Assembly (NCBI GenBank): GCA_013203315.1
Contig: JABMQJ010000005.1
Location: 1-49,885, forward strand
Source: Candidatus Omnitrophota bacterium
GTDB lineage: Bacteria > Omnitrophota > Gorgyraeia > JABMRN01 > RBG-13-46-9
DNA: 49,885 nt
Direction of reading: 5' to 3'
Numbering within the stretch: position 1 is the stretch's first letter; each line of letters begins with the position of its first letter. Below the pieces are notes generated by a model. It worked only from the letters and a program-made list of their open reading frames with translations. It searched no databases and had not been told where the DNA came from. Shown here in pieces: positions 8,473 through 18,100 of the stretch. A program made the position numbers and the translations under genes.

Positions 8473-10602
8473 TTACGCTTTTGATTTCACCTCGAGAGGA
8501 AATTCCAGCGTAAATGTCGTCCCTTCGCCTACCTTGCTTTTAACGGATATCTTGCCGTGGTTGCGTTCTACAACCTGGCGTACTATAAAAAGACCGAGCC
8601 CTGTTCCCTTGCCCGGATCCTTCGTAGTGTAGAATGGATTGAATATCTGTTCGAGTTTATTTTCAGGGATACCATGCCCTGTATCCTCGATATCTATGAA
8701 AATCTTATCGTCGGCTTGCCTTGCTTTTATAGTAATTTTGCCTCTCTCATTTATTGCCTGTGCCGCGTTACGAATCAAATTGAAGAATACTTCCTGAATT
8801 TGTTTTTTATCACCGGTAAGCAAAGGAAGGCTTTCTTCTATATCTTTTACAATGTCTACCTTATCTAGTTTTAATTCATAACCGACTAAAGCCAAAACTT
8901 CATCTATTTCATCTTTTACATTAATATTTGCAGAAATTATTCCCTTTGACGGCTTCGCAAAGCTAGAAAGCCTCTTTGTTATGGCGGTTGCCCTATCGGT
9001 CTCGTGTATAACCTTCCCCATAATGTTCTGGGCTTTTTCTAAAAGTTCTCCCTGTGATTTATCTTTATAAAGTCCGTCTTTTATGTTTAACAAAAAAGCC
9101 TCGCATTGACCCCTGGCAATTCCCAGCGGATTACAGATCTCGTGATTTATGCCAGCTGAGAGTGTTCCAATAACCGCCATTTTCTCTTTCTGAGCGGCCT
9201 CAGCCTGCGTCTTTCCTAATTCATCAAACATTTCAGCGTTATTAATTGCTATTGCAAGTGTTCGCGCCAGAGGAACAAGTATGTCCATGTCATCCTGCGT
9301 GTAATTCTCATCGGACTTCTTTTTCCCCAGGGTAAGTACGCCTACCATGTCCCCTTGTAATGTCATAAGCGGAATAGCGAGTTCAAACTTCAATCGATTC
9401 ATGTCTTCAATGATTTGTTGCGGCATATGCAATTCTTTTTCATGCGGCTTTATTGAAAGGTATGTCTTTGCTCTCGAGAGGAATGTTATAAGCGTATTCT
9501 CTTTCCCCAAAGCAATATTTCTTTCCGCTATACCTTGTGAAGCTACAAGGTCATACTTACCTTTATCTTCATCTAGAAGAAGAATTCCGCAGCTTTGGAG
9601 CTTCATAATATCTGAGAGCTTACTTACTGTTAACCGAACAAGTCTATTTAAGTCCAAAACGGTCAGAACTTCACTTGTAAACGTCTTCAGTAATTCTTTG
9701 TAGTTATATTTCTTTTGAAACAGGAATTTATCTGTTACGTTTATAAGGAAATTCTCGATTCTTCGCAGCGCTAGCATAATTATTATGCCACTTATTGTTA
9801 GGCCTATTACCTTTCCTCCGGTCCCCGTACCCCTAAATATATATTCCTGTATAACCAATGTTGGCAAAAGCAACATTGCGAACACCGAAGCCAAAAGACC
9901 CGCAAACACAAGGGTCTTCTTTATGATGACTTCGATGTCGAGTAATTTATACGCGACTATTGCGTAAGCAAACATGGCAACATAAATAAATCCTACAACG
10001 TTTAAATATGGAGGAAATGAAAGCTTGAAAAATAGCAAATAGTTACTTGAGCAACCCACATATCCTATAATCATTCCTATTAAAATATACGAGATTTGAC
10101 TTCTCAAAATACCTTCTGCTTTTCTAAATGAAGAATATAGCAACACACATGCATACACCGCATATCCGACAAACGTTATCAAGAATAAGTAATATAGCAT
10201 CCCTGCTGTACCCCAATATTTGAATATTGAAACAGGGCGCATATCTTTTATAAATAGTGGGCTAAATGAGAACGCCGTAAAGAATAATGCTATTAAATAT
10301 CCAAAATTTAATATCTTTTTCTTATTTAGTTTTAGGAAAGCGGTAACGAAATGCAAAAAACAAACAGGTATAAAAATTGCTCCGATATGTAGAACTCTAA
10401 ACCAGTAAAGACACGCTTCTTTATTACCTTGATTAAGTGGCCAAAAAATGTACCCGACACTCCATACGAAAACTGCCAAATTGAAAAGAGCATACCGCTG
10501 ATTTACCTCTGATTTTTTATTATGATAATAGACAAATAGGCCCAACGTTATTGCGGCAATTGCATTTATTAAACCTGTAATCGAAAAATAATAATAGTTC
10601 AT
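8473..10602 (-). CDS. Sensor histidine kinase: N-terminal multi-TM (HisKA_7TM-like) sensor, GAF, HisKA, HATPase_c
   Basis: About 9 hydrophobic segments in the first 280 aa, H-box AGINHEICNPL, N-box QVFFNLIRNA-like, G1 DTGHGI, F-box FNPFYTTK, G2 GTGLGL. Confidence 0.93.
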   Translation of the reverse strand: MNYYYFSITGLINAIAAITLGLFVYYHNKKSEVNQRYALFNLAVFVWSVGYIFWPLNQGNKEACLYWFRVLHIGAIFIPVCFLHFVTAFLKLNKKKILNFGYLIALFFTAFSFSPLFIKDMRPVSIFKYWGTAGMLYYLFLITFVGYAVYACVLLYSSFRKAEGILRSQISYILIGMIIGYVGCSSNYLLFFKLSFPPYLNVVGFIYVAMFAYAIVAYKLLDIEVIIKKTLVFAGLLASVFAMLLLPTLVIQEYIFRGTGTGGKVIGLTISGIIIMLALRRIENFLINVTDKFLFQKKYNYKELLKTFTSEVLTVLDLNRLVRLTVSKLSDIMKLQSCGILLLDEDKGKYDLVASQGIAERNIALGKENTLITFLSRAKTYLSIKPHEKELHMPQQIIEDMNRLKFELAIPLMTLQGDMVGVLTLGKKKSDENYTQDDMDILVPLARTLAIAINNAEMFDELGKTQAEAAQKEKMAVIGTLSAGINHEICNPLGIARGQCEAFLLNIKDGLYKDKSQGELLEKAQNIMGKVIHETDRATAITKRLSSFAKPSKGIISANINVKDEIDEVLALVGYELKLDKVDIVKDIEESLPLLTGDKKQIQEVFFNLIRNAAQAINERGKITIKARQADDKIFIDIEDTGHGIPENKLEQIFNPFYTTKDPGKGTGLGLFIVRQVVERNHGKISVKSKVGEGTTFTLEFPLEVKSKA

Positions 10603-10603
10603 A

Positions 10604-11833
10604 TTATTTTATCTTTTGCAAAATTGCTACTGAATCTTTACCATGAAAGGCAAAACTATTATTTAATATGGCGTTCACTTTTCCCTCTTCTGGTTTTGTA
10701 ACAACGCTTAGATTGTTACATTTGGGATCTATTACGCTAAAATTAATAACAGGTGGGATTATATTATGTTTTATCGAAAGCATAGAAGTAGCTAGCTGTA
10801 TTGCCCCTCCACCTGCTAATGCGTGGCCTACAGATGCCTTGATTGAAGTAGTCTTCATTTTTTTATTATCAAATATTTTTTTTATCGCCATTGCCTCAAA
10901 GATATCTGCCGTTACGCCCCCTAAGCCATGTGCATTTATATAGGTTATATCTTTTATATTCATTTTTGCATCTTTTAAGGCAGCTTTTATTGCCCTTGAG
11001 GCCTGTTCTGCATTTCGTTCATGATGAAGCATATTATGGGCCTCACACGTAGTGCTAACACCTGATACTTCGCTATAAATCTTTGCTTTTCGCTTTACTG
11101 CATGCGCATATTCTTCCACTACAAATACAGCCGCGCCTTCCCCTAATACCATGCCATCTCTATCGTTGCTAAATGGTCTGCATGCACCTGCTGGATCGCT
11201 ATTTTTCTGTGAAAGTATTCCAAGTGCGCTTAATGTTGCATAAGGAAGGGGGCACAATGGAGCATCCCCGCCTCCAACAAATACCACTTCTACATCGTTT
11301 GTTCTAATTTTCCGCAGAGCATATGCCAAAGCGCTATATACAGATGAGCAAGCCACGGAAAAAGTCTCACTAGGGCCTTTTGCACCTAATTCGACAGAGA
11401 CTTCGCCTGAATTAGCATTAGCTAATCCTATAGCAGCTGTAAACTTATGTATAGAATTTAAGCCTTTTTTAAATAAATTCATCTGTTGATCCAGAACCCA
11501 GGATAACCCTCCTAAAGCAGTGCCCATCATAACATGTACATGTTCGGCATTTTCTTTGTTTATAATAAATTGAGAGTCCTTCTGTGCCAATTTCGCTGCA
11601 CTTACTGTTAATTGTGTAGAGCGATCCATGGCTGAAGATCTGTGATTATTAATAAATTTAGTAGGTTCGAATTCTTTTATTTCTGCTGCCATCTTAGAAG
11701 GATAGTCTGATGTATCAAAAAAAGAAATCTCGGTAACGCCAGATTTACCTGCAATTAAATTTTGCCAATAATTTTCATGCCCTATCCCTAGTGGAGAAAT
11801 AATTCCTATACCTGTTATCACTGCTCTTCTCAT
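10604..11833 (-). CDS. FabF-like beta-ketoacyl-ACP synthase (ketosynthase)
   Basis: MRRAVITGIGIISPLG start, catalytic Cys (VACSS), His (INAHG), His (SIKASVGH), CRPF..RDGMVLGEGA, NSFAFHG. Divergent from housekeeping FabF. Confidence 0.88.
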   Translation of the reverse strand: MRRAVITGIGIISPLGIGHENYWQNLIAGKSGVTEISFFDTSDYPSKMAAEIKEFEPTKFINNHRSSAMDRSTQLTVSAAKLAQKDSQFIINKENAEHVHVMMGTALGGLSWVLDQQMNLFKKGLNSIHKFTAAIGLANANSGEVSVELGAKGPSETFSVACSSVYSALAYALRKIRTNDVEVVFVGGGDAPLCPLPYATLSALGILSQKNSDPAGACRPFSNDRDGMVLGEGAAVFVVEEYAHAVKRKAKIYSEVSGVSTTCEAHNMLHHERNAEQASRAIKAALKDAKMNIKDITYINAHGLGGVTADIFEAMAIKKIFDNKKMKTTSIKASVGHALAGGGAIQLATSMLSIKHNIIPPVINFSVIDPKCNNLSVVTKPEEGKVNAILNNSFAFHGKDSVAILQKIK

Positions 11834-11845
11834 AGTAAACCTATT

Positions 11846-12628
11846 TTACGCCTTCCTTCCAGTGCAATATTCATACATGCCCCACTGGTCAACGCTTATA
11901 ATGACATCTCTAAAATTTAAATTTATCATCATTTCACGCAAATACTCCGGGGTTCTAAAAAACATATTCCAGCTTTGTCCGTCTTGTTTTTTCCCTATCT
12001 TACTCATTAGTTTCTTGCTTGGGTTATCGCTTTGTGCTGTAAATAATATAAGTCCATTTTTTTCCAAGTGGCTGTATGCATCCTTCAACATGTCTTCAAA
12101 AGTAGCATCTGATAACATCTCAAAAAAACCTGTTGTAATAATTATGTTCGGTATCCATGAAATTCTTCTTGATAGCGCTTTTAGATGAGCTAATTTAAAA
12201 ACATTGGCTTTCGCATATCTGATAGGCCTTTTTCCAGCTAATGCTTTCCCGAAGTTAATAGAACGTTTGTCAGAATCGAGACATAGGACATCAATTTTAT
12301 CCTGATTATAGGTGGTAAGTACATCGACAATATAGCGAGCAGGACCGGAGGCAATATCTAATATCTTGCTTTTTTTATTTAACAGTATATTATTTGCTAT
12401 TTCATTTCGTAGGATTTTCATAATGATGTCTTTTTTGCGGCGAGTTGCTTTTACGGATGGCAGGTTTAATAATACACCATCAACAAATTTTCCGACGCGA
12501 GTAACGCCTTTTGGTCTATTCCTATACATATGATCTATATTAAGCCCGGAATCAGCTTTTCCACCTATAACATTTCTTCCCAATTTACTAATGGCCATTA
12601 TAGATTTTATAATTTTTTGAGTAATCAT
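11846..12628 (-). CDS. Class I SAM-dependent methyltransferase-like protein (resembles the YnbC C-terminal / Methyltransf_20 family)
   Basis: ILDIASGPARY motif I; N-terminal ADSG..IDHMYRNRPKG...GKFVD..LLN, recalled as typical of the YnbC-type domain; TGFFE motif. Confidence 0.72.
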   Translation of the reverse strand: MITQKIIKSIMAISKLGRNVIGGKADSGLNIDHMYRNRPKGVTRVGKFVDGVLLNLPSVKATRRKKDIIMKILRNEIANNILLNKKSKILDIASGPARYIVDVLTTYNQDKIDVLCLDSDKRSINFGKALAGKRPIRYAKANVFKLAHLKALSRRISWIPNIIITTGFFEMLSDATFEDMLKDAYSHLEKNGLILFTAQSDNPSKKLMSKIGKKQDGQSWNMFFRTPEYLREMMINLNFRDVIISVDQWGMYEYCTGRKA

Positions 12629-12629
12629 T

Positions 12630-13838
12630 TTATTTATAAAAAAACTTTTTTAGGCTTTTTAATAATCTGTCAATATCTTCTTTAGTGTGTTCGCTTGTTA
12701 TTTGAAATCTAATCCTGCAAGCATCTATTGGTACTGCCGGCGGTATTATAGGAATAGCTATAATACCTTCTTTCTTTAATAGCATGCTTAATTTGCACGT
12801 TCTATCCATTGATCCAATAATAAGTGGGATTATGGGTGTAATGTCCTCTGGTACAGGTAAATTTAAATTTATTAAATTTGTACGAAAATATATAACATTG
12901 TCTTTAAGTTTTTGGACATAAGTTTTGTTGTTCTTTATTTCCTGTAAAGACGTATGCGCAGCAGCCATCGACATAGCTGGTAAACTCGAAGTAAATATCA
13001 ATTCATGTGATTTCATCTTTATCAAATCTATATTTTTCCTTGATGAAAGTATATAGCCACCGTTTGAACCAAGTGATTTATTCATTGCGCCTGTTAAGAT
13101 ATGGATATCTTTTGCGGTTAAATTGCAATGTTCCAAAATCCCATATCCATTTTTGCCAATTGTTCCTAATCCATGAGCATCATCTACTACAAGAATTGCC
13201 TTATGCTCTTTGGCAATAGTGGCAATTTTGTTTATTTTTGCAATATTACCGTGTTGACTAAAAAGACTTTCTGTTATTATCATTTTTTTTATTGCATTAT
13301 CATGCATTTTTATTTTATTGTATAAATCATTAACATCGTTGTGTTCAAATTTTATTGATTCTATGCCATGGAGTTTAAAAGCTTTTATAAAACTTATATG
13401 TAAATATTTATCAAAAAACACCTTAACGTTATCTTCTGCAAATGCTGTTATGACTGCGCTATTCGCCATATATCCACTGGATAATACAATGCCAGCTTCA
13501 TAATTATAAAACTTTTTTAATGCATCTGCCAATAATTCATGATATAAAGTTCCGCCTGTAACTGCAAACGACGCACCTGTTCCTATGCCATATTTTTTTG
13601 CTGCCTCAATGGCGCTGTTAATAACTTTGCGGTTTTTTGATAGACCTAAATAATTGTTTGTACTAAAAAGGATATAATTCTTACCTTTCAAGCGAACCTC
13701 AACAGGTCTTGTGCCAGGTTCATAATAATCATAATAAAACCAGAGGTTTTCATTTTTTAATTTAGCGTATTGATTTAATAGCTCTTTTATCTTCTGCCAT
13801 TTATCTACGCCCTTGTGTACATTAGAAATTAGATTCAT
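12630..13838 (-). CDS. PLP-dependent alpha-oxoamine synthase family enzyme (BioF/Kbl/SPT/CqsA family)
   Basis: STNNYLGLS, SSGYMAN, FEHND, ESLFS.HG, VDDAHGLG, PLP lysine in GAMNKSLG, FTSSLP, PPAVP...RIRF. Confidence 0.9.
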   Translation of the reverse strand: MNLISNVHKGVDKWQKIKELLNQYAKLKNENLWFYYDYYEPGTRPVEVRLKGKNYILFSTNNYLGLSKNRKVINSAIEAAKKYGIGTGASFAVTGGTLYHELLADALKKFYNYEAGIVLSSGYMANSAVITAFAEDNVKVFFDKYLHISFIKAFKLHGIESIKFEHNDVNDLYNKIKMHDNAIKKMIITESLFSQHGNIAKINKIATIAKEHKAILVVDDAHGLGTIGKNGYGILEHCNLTAKDIHILTGAMNKSLGSNGGYILSSRKNIDLIKMKSHELIFTSSLPAMSMAAAHTSLQEIKNNKTYVQKLKDNVIYFRTNLINLNLPVPEDITPIIPLIIGSMDRTCKLSMLLKKEGIIAIPIIPPAVPIDACRIRFQITSEHTKEDIDRLLKSLKKFFYK

Positions 13839-13849
13839 TTAAAACCTCG

Positions 13850-14044
13850 TTACTTCTTATTTGACTTCTCTTTGTCCGTGATCCACTTGTCGACGCTTGT
13901 TTTTTTAAATCGCCACTTTGAACCTACCTTGAAACCGGGAATTTTACCCTCCTGGGCGTGTTTATAGATCGTAACTTTTTTCATCCGGAGGTATTTGGCG
14001 ATTTCGTCGAGGGTCATAAGAGTAGGTTTGTTATTTGGTACCAT
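13850..14044 (-). CDS. Small excisionase/MerR-like helix-turn-helix protein (HTH_17 type)
   Basis: LMTLDEIAKYLRMKKVTIYK...GKIPGFKVGSKWRF; AAGGAAGG SD. Confidence 0.9.
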   Translation of the reverse strand: MVPNNKPTLMTLDEIAKYLRMKKVTIYKHAQEGKIPGFKVGSKWRFKKTSVDKWITDKEKSNKK

Positions 14045-14120
14045 GCAACACCTTCCTTATGTTAATACTTTTTGTTATGCCTTAATATGCTATGATACAG
14101 GCTGATATGCAGAGATATAA

Positions 14121-14149
14121 AGTATACATAGTAAGTTGAAATTTGTCAA
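14121..14149 (-). promoter_or_regulatory. sigma70-type promoter of the HTH-synthase-kinase operon
   Basis: Minus strand TTGACA-17 nt-TATACT, ~75 nt upstream of the HTH start. Confidence 0.75.
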
Positions 14150-14165
14150 GTGAGGCAGAAAAAAC

Positions 14166-14420
14166 CTAGAGCAGGTTCCAGTAGGCGTTTGTTTCGGTAA
14201 GTATGAGGTCTGATGTGGTTTGGATTGTCTCGTTTTCGGTAAGTTCCTTGATAAAATTGCCTTTGGATATTACGTTTGACATGGCTTCCCGGCATTTAAA
14301 TGCATGGATCAGGGATTCAATCTCACCTATAGCCTTTTTATTGAACAATTCGACCATAAGGCGCGTCTTATTATGGCTTTTTCTTCCGGTTATTATTATA
14401 ATTTTCATACAGAACACCAC
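14166..14420 (-). CDS. Small hypothetical protein (start possibly 14408, MKIIIITG...)
   Basis: ORF only, fills an otherwise empty gap; no recognised motif. Confidence 0.35.
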   Translation of the reverse strand: MVFCMKIIIITGRKSHNKTRLMVELFNKKAIGEIESLIHAFKCREAMSNVISKGNFIKELTENETIQTTSDLILTETNAYWNLL

Positions 14421-14550
14421 CCTAAGATGTGCGAATATTAATCTAACTTTATATTAACTCAACTATAAATCAACTTTATCATATTTAGCCACGCTAATGG
14501 TAACCATATGGTAACAATACCGTAATAGACGCGTAAACTCGCATGAAACT

Positions 14551-14579
14551 TTGACTTTTCCCTCATCTTTCATTATACT
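14551..14579 (+). promoter_or_regulatory. sigma70-type promoter for the VanZ-like gene
   Basis: TTGACT-17 nt-TATACT, 30 nt before the ATG. Confidence 0.6.
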
Positions 14580-14608
14580 TATAACAAGAAAGGATAATAC
14601 AAAACAAA

Positions 14609-15127
14609 ATGAAACGGCTTTCCTGGATAACTATATGTGTAGGTATATATATTATTATATCTGCCTCCTTTATGCTTCAATTCAGAGATTTCCTCGTAAG
14701 CACTATTGGCGATCAAGCGATGAAGCTTGGATTTTTCTTTATATTTCTGCTTCTTCTTCTAAATTATGCGCATTATATCATCTTAACAGGGCTACCGGCA
14801 TATAGAATCAGGCAGTCTATCTATGTTTTTGCGTTGGCTACTGTACTCATCCTGCTGCAGACATACTTTGCCGAGCGGTTGCATGTCATAGAATACGGGC
14901 TTTTGGGGTATCTTGCTTTAAGGGACTTTTCCGGGAAGGGATTGCGCGGTACAATATCCGATTGCATTAAACCCGCGCTTCTTTTTGTACTATGGGTTAG
15001 CATGCTAGATGAAGGATTCCAGTGGATTCTACCCTACAGGACCGGTGACATAAGGGATGTTATAACAAATATGGCAAGCGGCTTTTTAGGCGTGATTCAA
15101 TTCTCTATTTTCCGTGGTAGAAATTAA
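14609..15127 (+). CDS. VanZ-like family membrane protein
   Basis: ERLHVIEYGLLG, LDEGFQWILPYRTGDIRDVITN motifs; multiple TM segments. Confidence 0.8.
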   Translation: MKRLSWITICVGIYIIISASFMLQFRDFLVSTIGDQAMKLGFFFIFLLLLLNYAHYIILTGLPAYRIRQSIYVFALATVLILLQTYFAERLHVIEYGLLGYLALRDFSGKGLRGTISDCIKPALLFVLWVSMLDEGFQWILPYRTGDIRDVITNMASGFLGVIQFSIFRGRN

Positions 15128-15157
15128 CACAAACTTGAGAAGAAAGCAACCTCTGCA

Positions 15158-18100
15158 TTAATAATCGATGATAGTGCCCGAGAACCAGTCTTTGATTTCC
15201 GCGTATTCTTCGTCGTCGATAACAAACCAGTCGTCTTCCCAGAAGAAACCACCCGCATAACCGTTATTTTTTAACGTGTTAAGCTTATAGGTAAACGAAG
15301 TCGGTTCCAGTTCGCCGGCAAGCACAGGCTTATCCAGTCCGAGATTTGCGGCCGGATAGTTAAGCGGCGTAAAGCCTTCGTGATTGTTGTAGTAATGGAA
15401 TTGGTATAAATCAAGCCCGCAATCCGTCCAGTAGGTAACAAGGTCATCCCTGTTTCTGCTTCCTACAGTCGTGACCGCATCGGGTGCCTTGGAATGAATC
15501 AAATCCACAAAGTCTCTCACAAAGTCCTGCCTGGACGGCATGGAAACAGCCGTCGCGTATTCAGGCTCGTTTATAATATCCCAGGCATATATCGAATCAT
15601 GCCCCGCAAATTGATCGAAGAAACCGTCAAATAAATCGAGAAGCGCCTGTTTTTTAGCAGGGTCCGTAAAGAGTCCGGGATGTTCGCCCACTTCATATTC
15701 CCCTTCAAAGCTCACGCCATCGGCTATGCCATAATCAAACAGTGTCGGCATGACTTTTATATTAAAAGCCTCTGCTGCATCTAAAAGGGCCTGCATATCT
15801 TCATAAACCTGGCCCGTAAAACCTAGCGGGGTTCCGGATGCGTCAAACCTAATACTTGACCGCAAATCGCAGAAGAGGAATAGTCTTACAAAGTCACCCT
15901 TTCGTGAATCGAGTTTCGTATAAAGCGCTTCTAAGTCTGTCGAATAGCCTATATGATATGTCGAACCCGGAACTAGCCCAAGGTCGTAACCATAATTCAT
16001 CCACGCCAGATTTACGCCTTTCAGGAAGCTCGTATCCGGTATTCTTCTTTGACGAAGAACGTTATCTGCGTCATAGATTTCAATTTCGCCGTTCGAGAGC
16101 GTCTTTACGGAACCCGTAAAAGTTCCGTTTTCATAATTGAAAACCGTAAACGTGCCGTCTGCTTCCGTATAGCTGTTTACAAGAAACGTAGTGCCGAACT
16201 TTTTATATGTCGCAACCCTGCCTACTGCATTTTCACCGACACAGTAACTATCGGAGACCCGGTTAATGCTTCCCGCGTCTACGGCGAGTGAGTTCACATA
16301 ATTATTAATCGTCTCGTATGCATCAATATCCCCGGGTGAACCCGTCAAAACAGTACTGGAAACGCCCGTCAGGAAACACGTGGGTAAGCCATCGGGATAA
16401 GTTAAAATTGCGCCATCCGGTTTTACTATTTCTTTTATCAGACTGTCATCGTCATATTTAACAACGTTAAAATACGGTTTGTTTTGACCGTCAAAGTCGT
16501 ATCCGGGAACAATCTCGCCGTTTGCACCGAACATGTTGCCCGGAAGTGTAATTGAAAAACCAAAATTAGGCGCTATGCCATTGACGATGTCGGTTACGCC
16601 ATCCGGAAATATAAGTGGCGCCCGGGGCGTATAAACGTATCCAGGCAAGGTTTTATTCATGTCACCTAGGATTGTGTTTTTATTTCGCATGTTTTCATCT
16701 ACGTCTTTATCGGATAGGGTTTCCACCGTACCGGTAGCATATTCATAAGTCTCCAGATTATCGTATGCCTCTGCCGTTATCTCGCCGCCGTTGATAGAAG
16801 ATACTATGCTCGGATCCCAGGAAATATTTTCCAGCGTGTAAATCGGATCCCCGGGGGCCTGGCCGTTTTCATACAGGTAAATACTGAGCGTACCGTCTTC
16901 TACTTTCGTTTTAACAATATAGGTGGTGTTATCATTTAAATTTACGTTAAGCGGGATTTGTCCATAAACAGACTCGTGTGTTTGGTAATCGTAGGACCGA
17001 TGATAAAAATACGCGGTACCGTTGTAATAGCTCAAGTTGATATATTCATACAAAATATCGGTTTGCCCTTGAACTTGGTAATAGAAAGATTTGGAAGCGG
17101 CGTTCCCGTCAAATGTAAACTCCGCGGTGTGAACAGGGGCGCCCTGCAAAGGGTTGTTATAGTCGGTGTAAAATCTCTTGGATTCGTTGTATTCGCCGCT
17201 TGAAGACGGATCTACCGCTAAACCGGCGTTCTGGCCGCTTATAGTAAAAAGTGGGTCCCATTCGGCGTCGGAGAGTGTATACGCAGGCGTACCCGGCCTT
17301 GGTTGGGAAGCTTCGTAAATATAGACGTTTACGTTCGAGCCTTCCCACAGGTATTCTATCGTGTAATCGGTATCTTTGTTTATCGTTATGTCTAATGCCT
17401 GGGTCTCGATTTCCCGCGCGCCGGTGGTGTAATCGTAGGAGTAGTAGGTCATTTTCGGTGTTTGGCCGCGTAGATTAAAAGTAAGATACACGTACCTATC
17501 GCCGGGTTCATAGTAATAAGCGTGCGCGTAGACGGAAGGATACGCTTTCGAGCTATCGAGATTAAGGCTCGCTTTCAGATAAGGATTGTTCGCACGATCT
17601 ACGCGCGAGGTGCCGCCATAACTCTGATAAAAATTTAAATAATTATATGAGAATCTTTTAGAAACCGCGAGATTCTGTTCATCGGTAATTCTGTATTCAA
17701 AATATATGGATGAGCCGTCGGGCAGAATTACTTTTTCGAGATTGCCGGTAAAATCGCCTGAATTGTAATAAATCAAAACGGAACCTGGCGGAAATGCGGG
17801 CGTTACGGATATGAGGTTTCCATCGGCGTCGTAAGCGTACTCGGTAACTTCGCCGTTGGGTTTTTCTTCTCTCACCAACCTGTTATCCGTATTGTATTTT
17901 TTTACTGTTCCGTCTGCCAGAATAAGTTCTTTAAAAATTAAATCCCCGTTTCCGTCATATAAATATGTAACCGTTTCATTCTCAGTTGCCCTTCTGCACA
18001 CCAACATATTTCCTGTCGCGTCATCGTATTCATACACTTCCGCATCAGCATATGCCTCTTGCGCTATTTCGCCGCCATATATAGTGGAAGAAAACGAGGG

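Noticed and set aside
12630-13838. Calling this gene bioF, spt or cqsA
   Set aside because: Family motifs are shared by all of them, and no bio genes or sphingolipid partners are adjacent. A symbol cannot be assigned without a phylogeny.
13850-14044. Excisionase of a prophage or ICE
   Set aside because: No integrase, tRNA/att site or phage genes nearby; operon position suggests a regulator.
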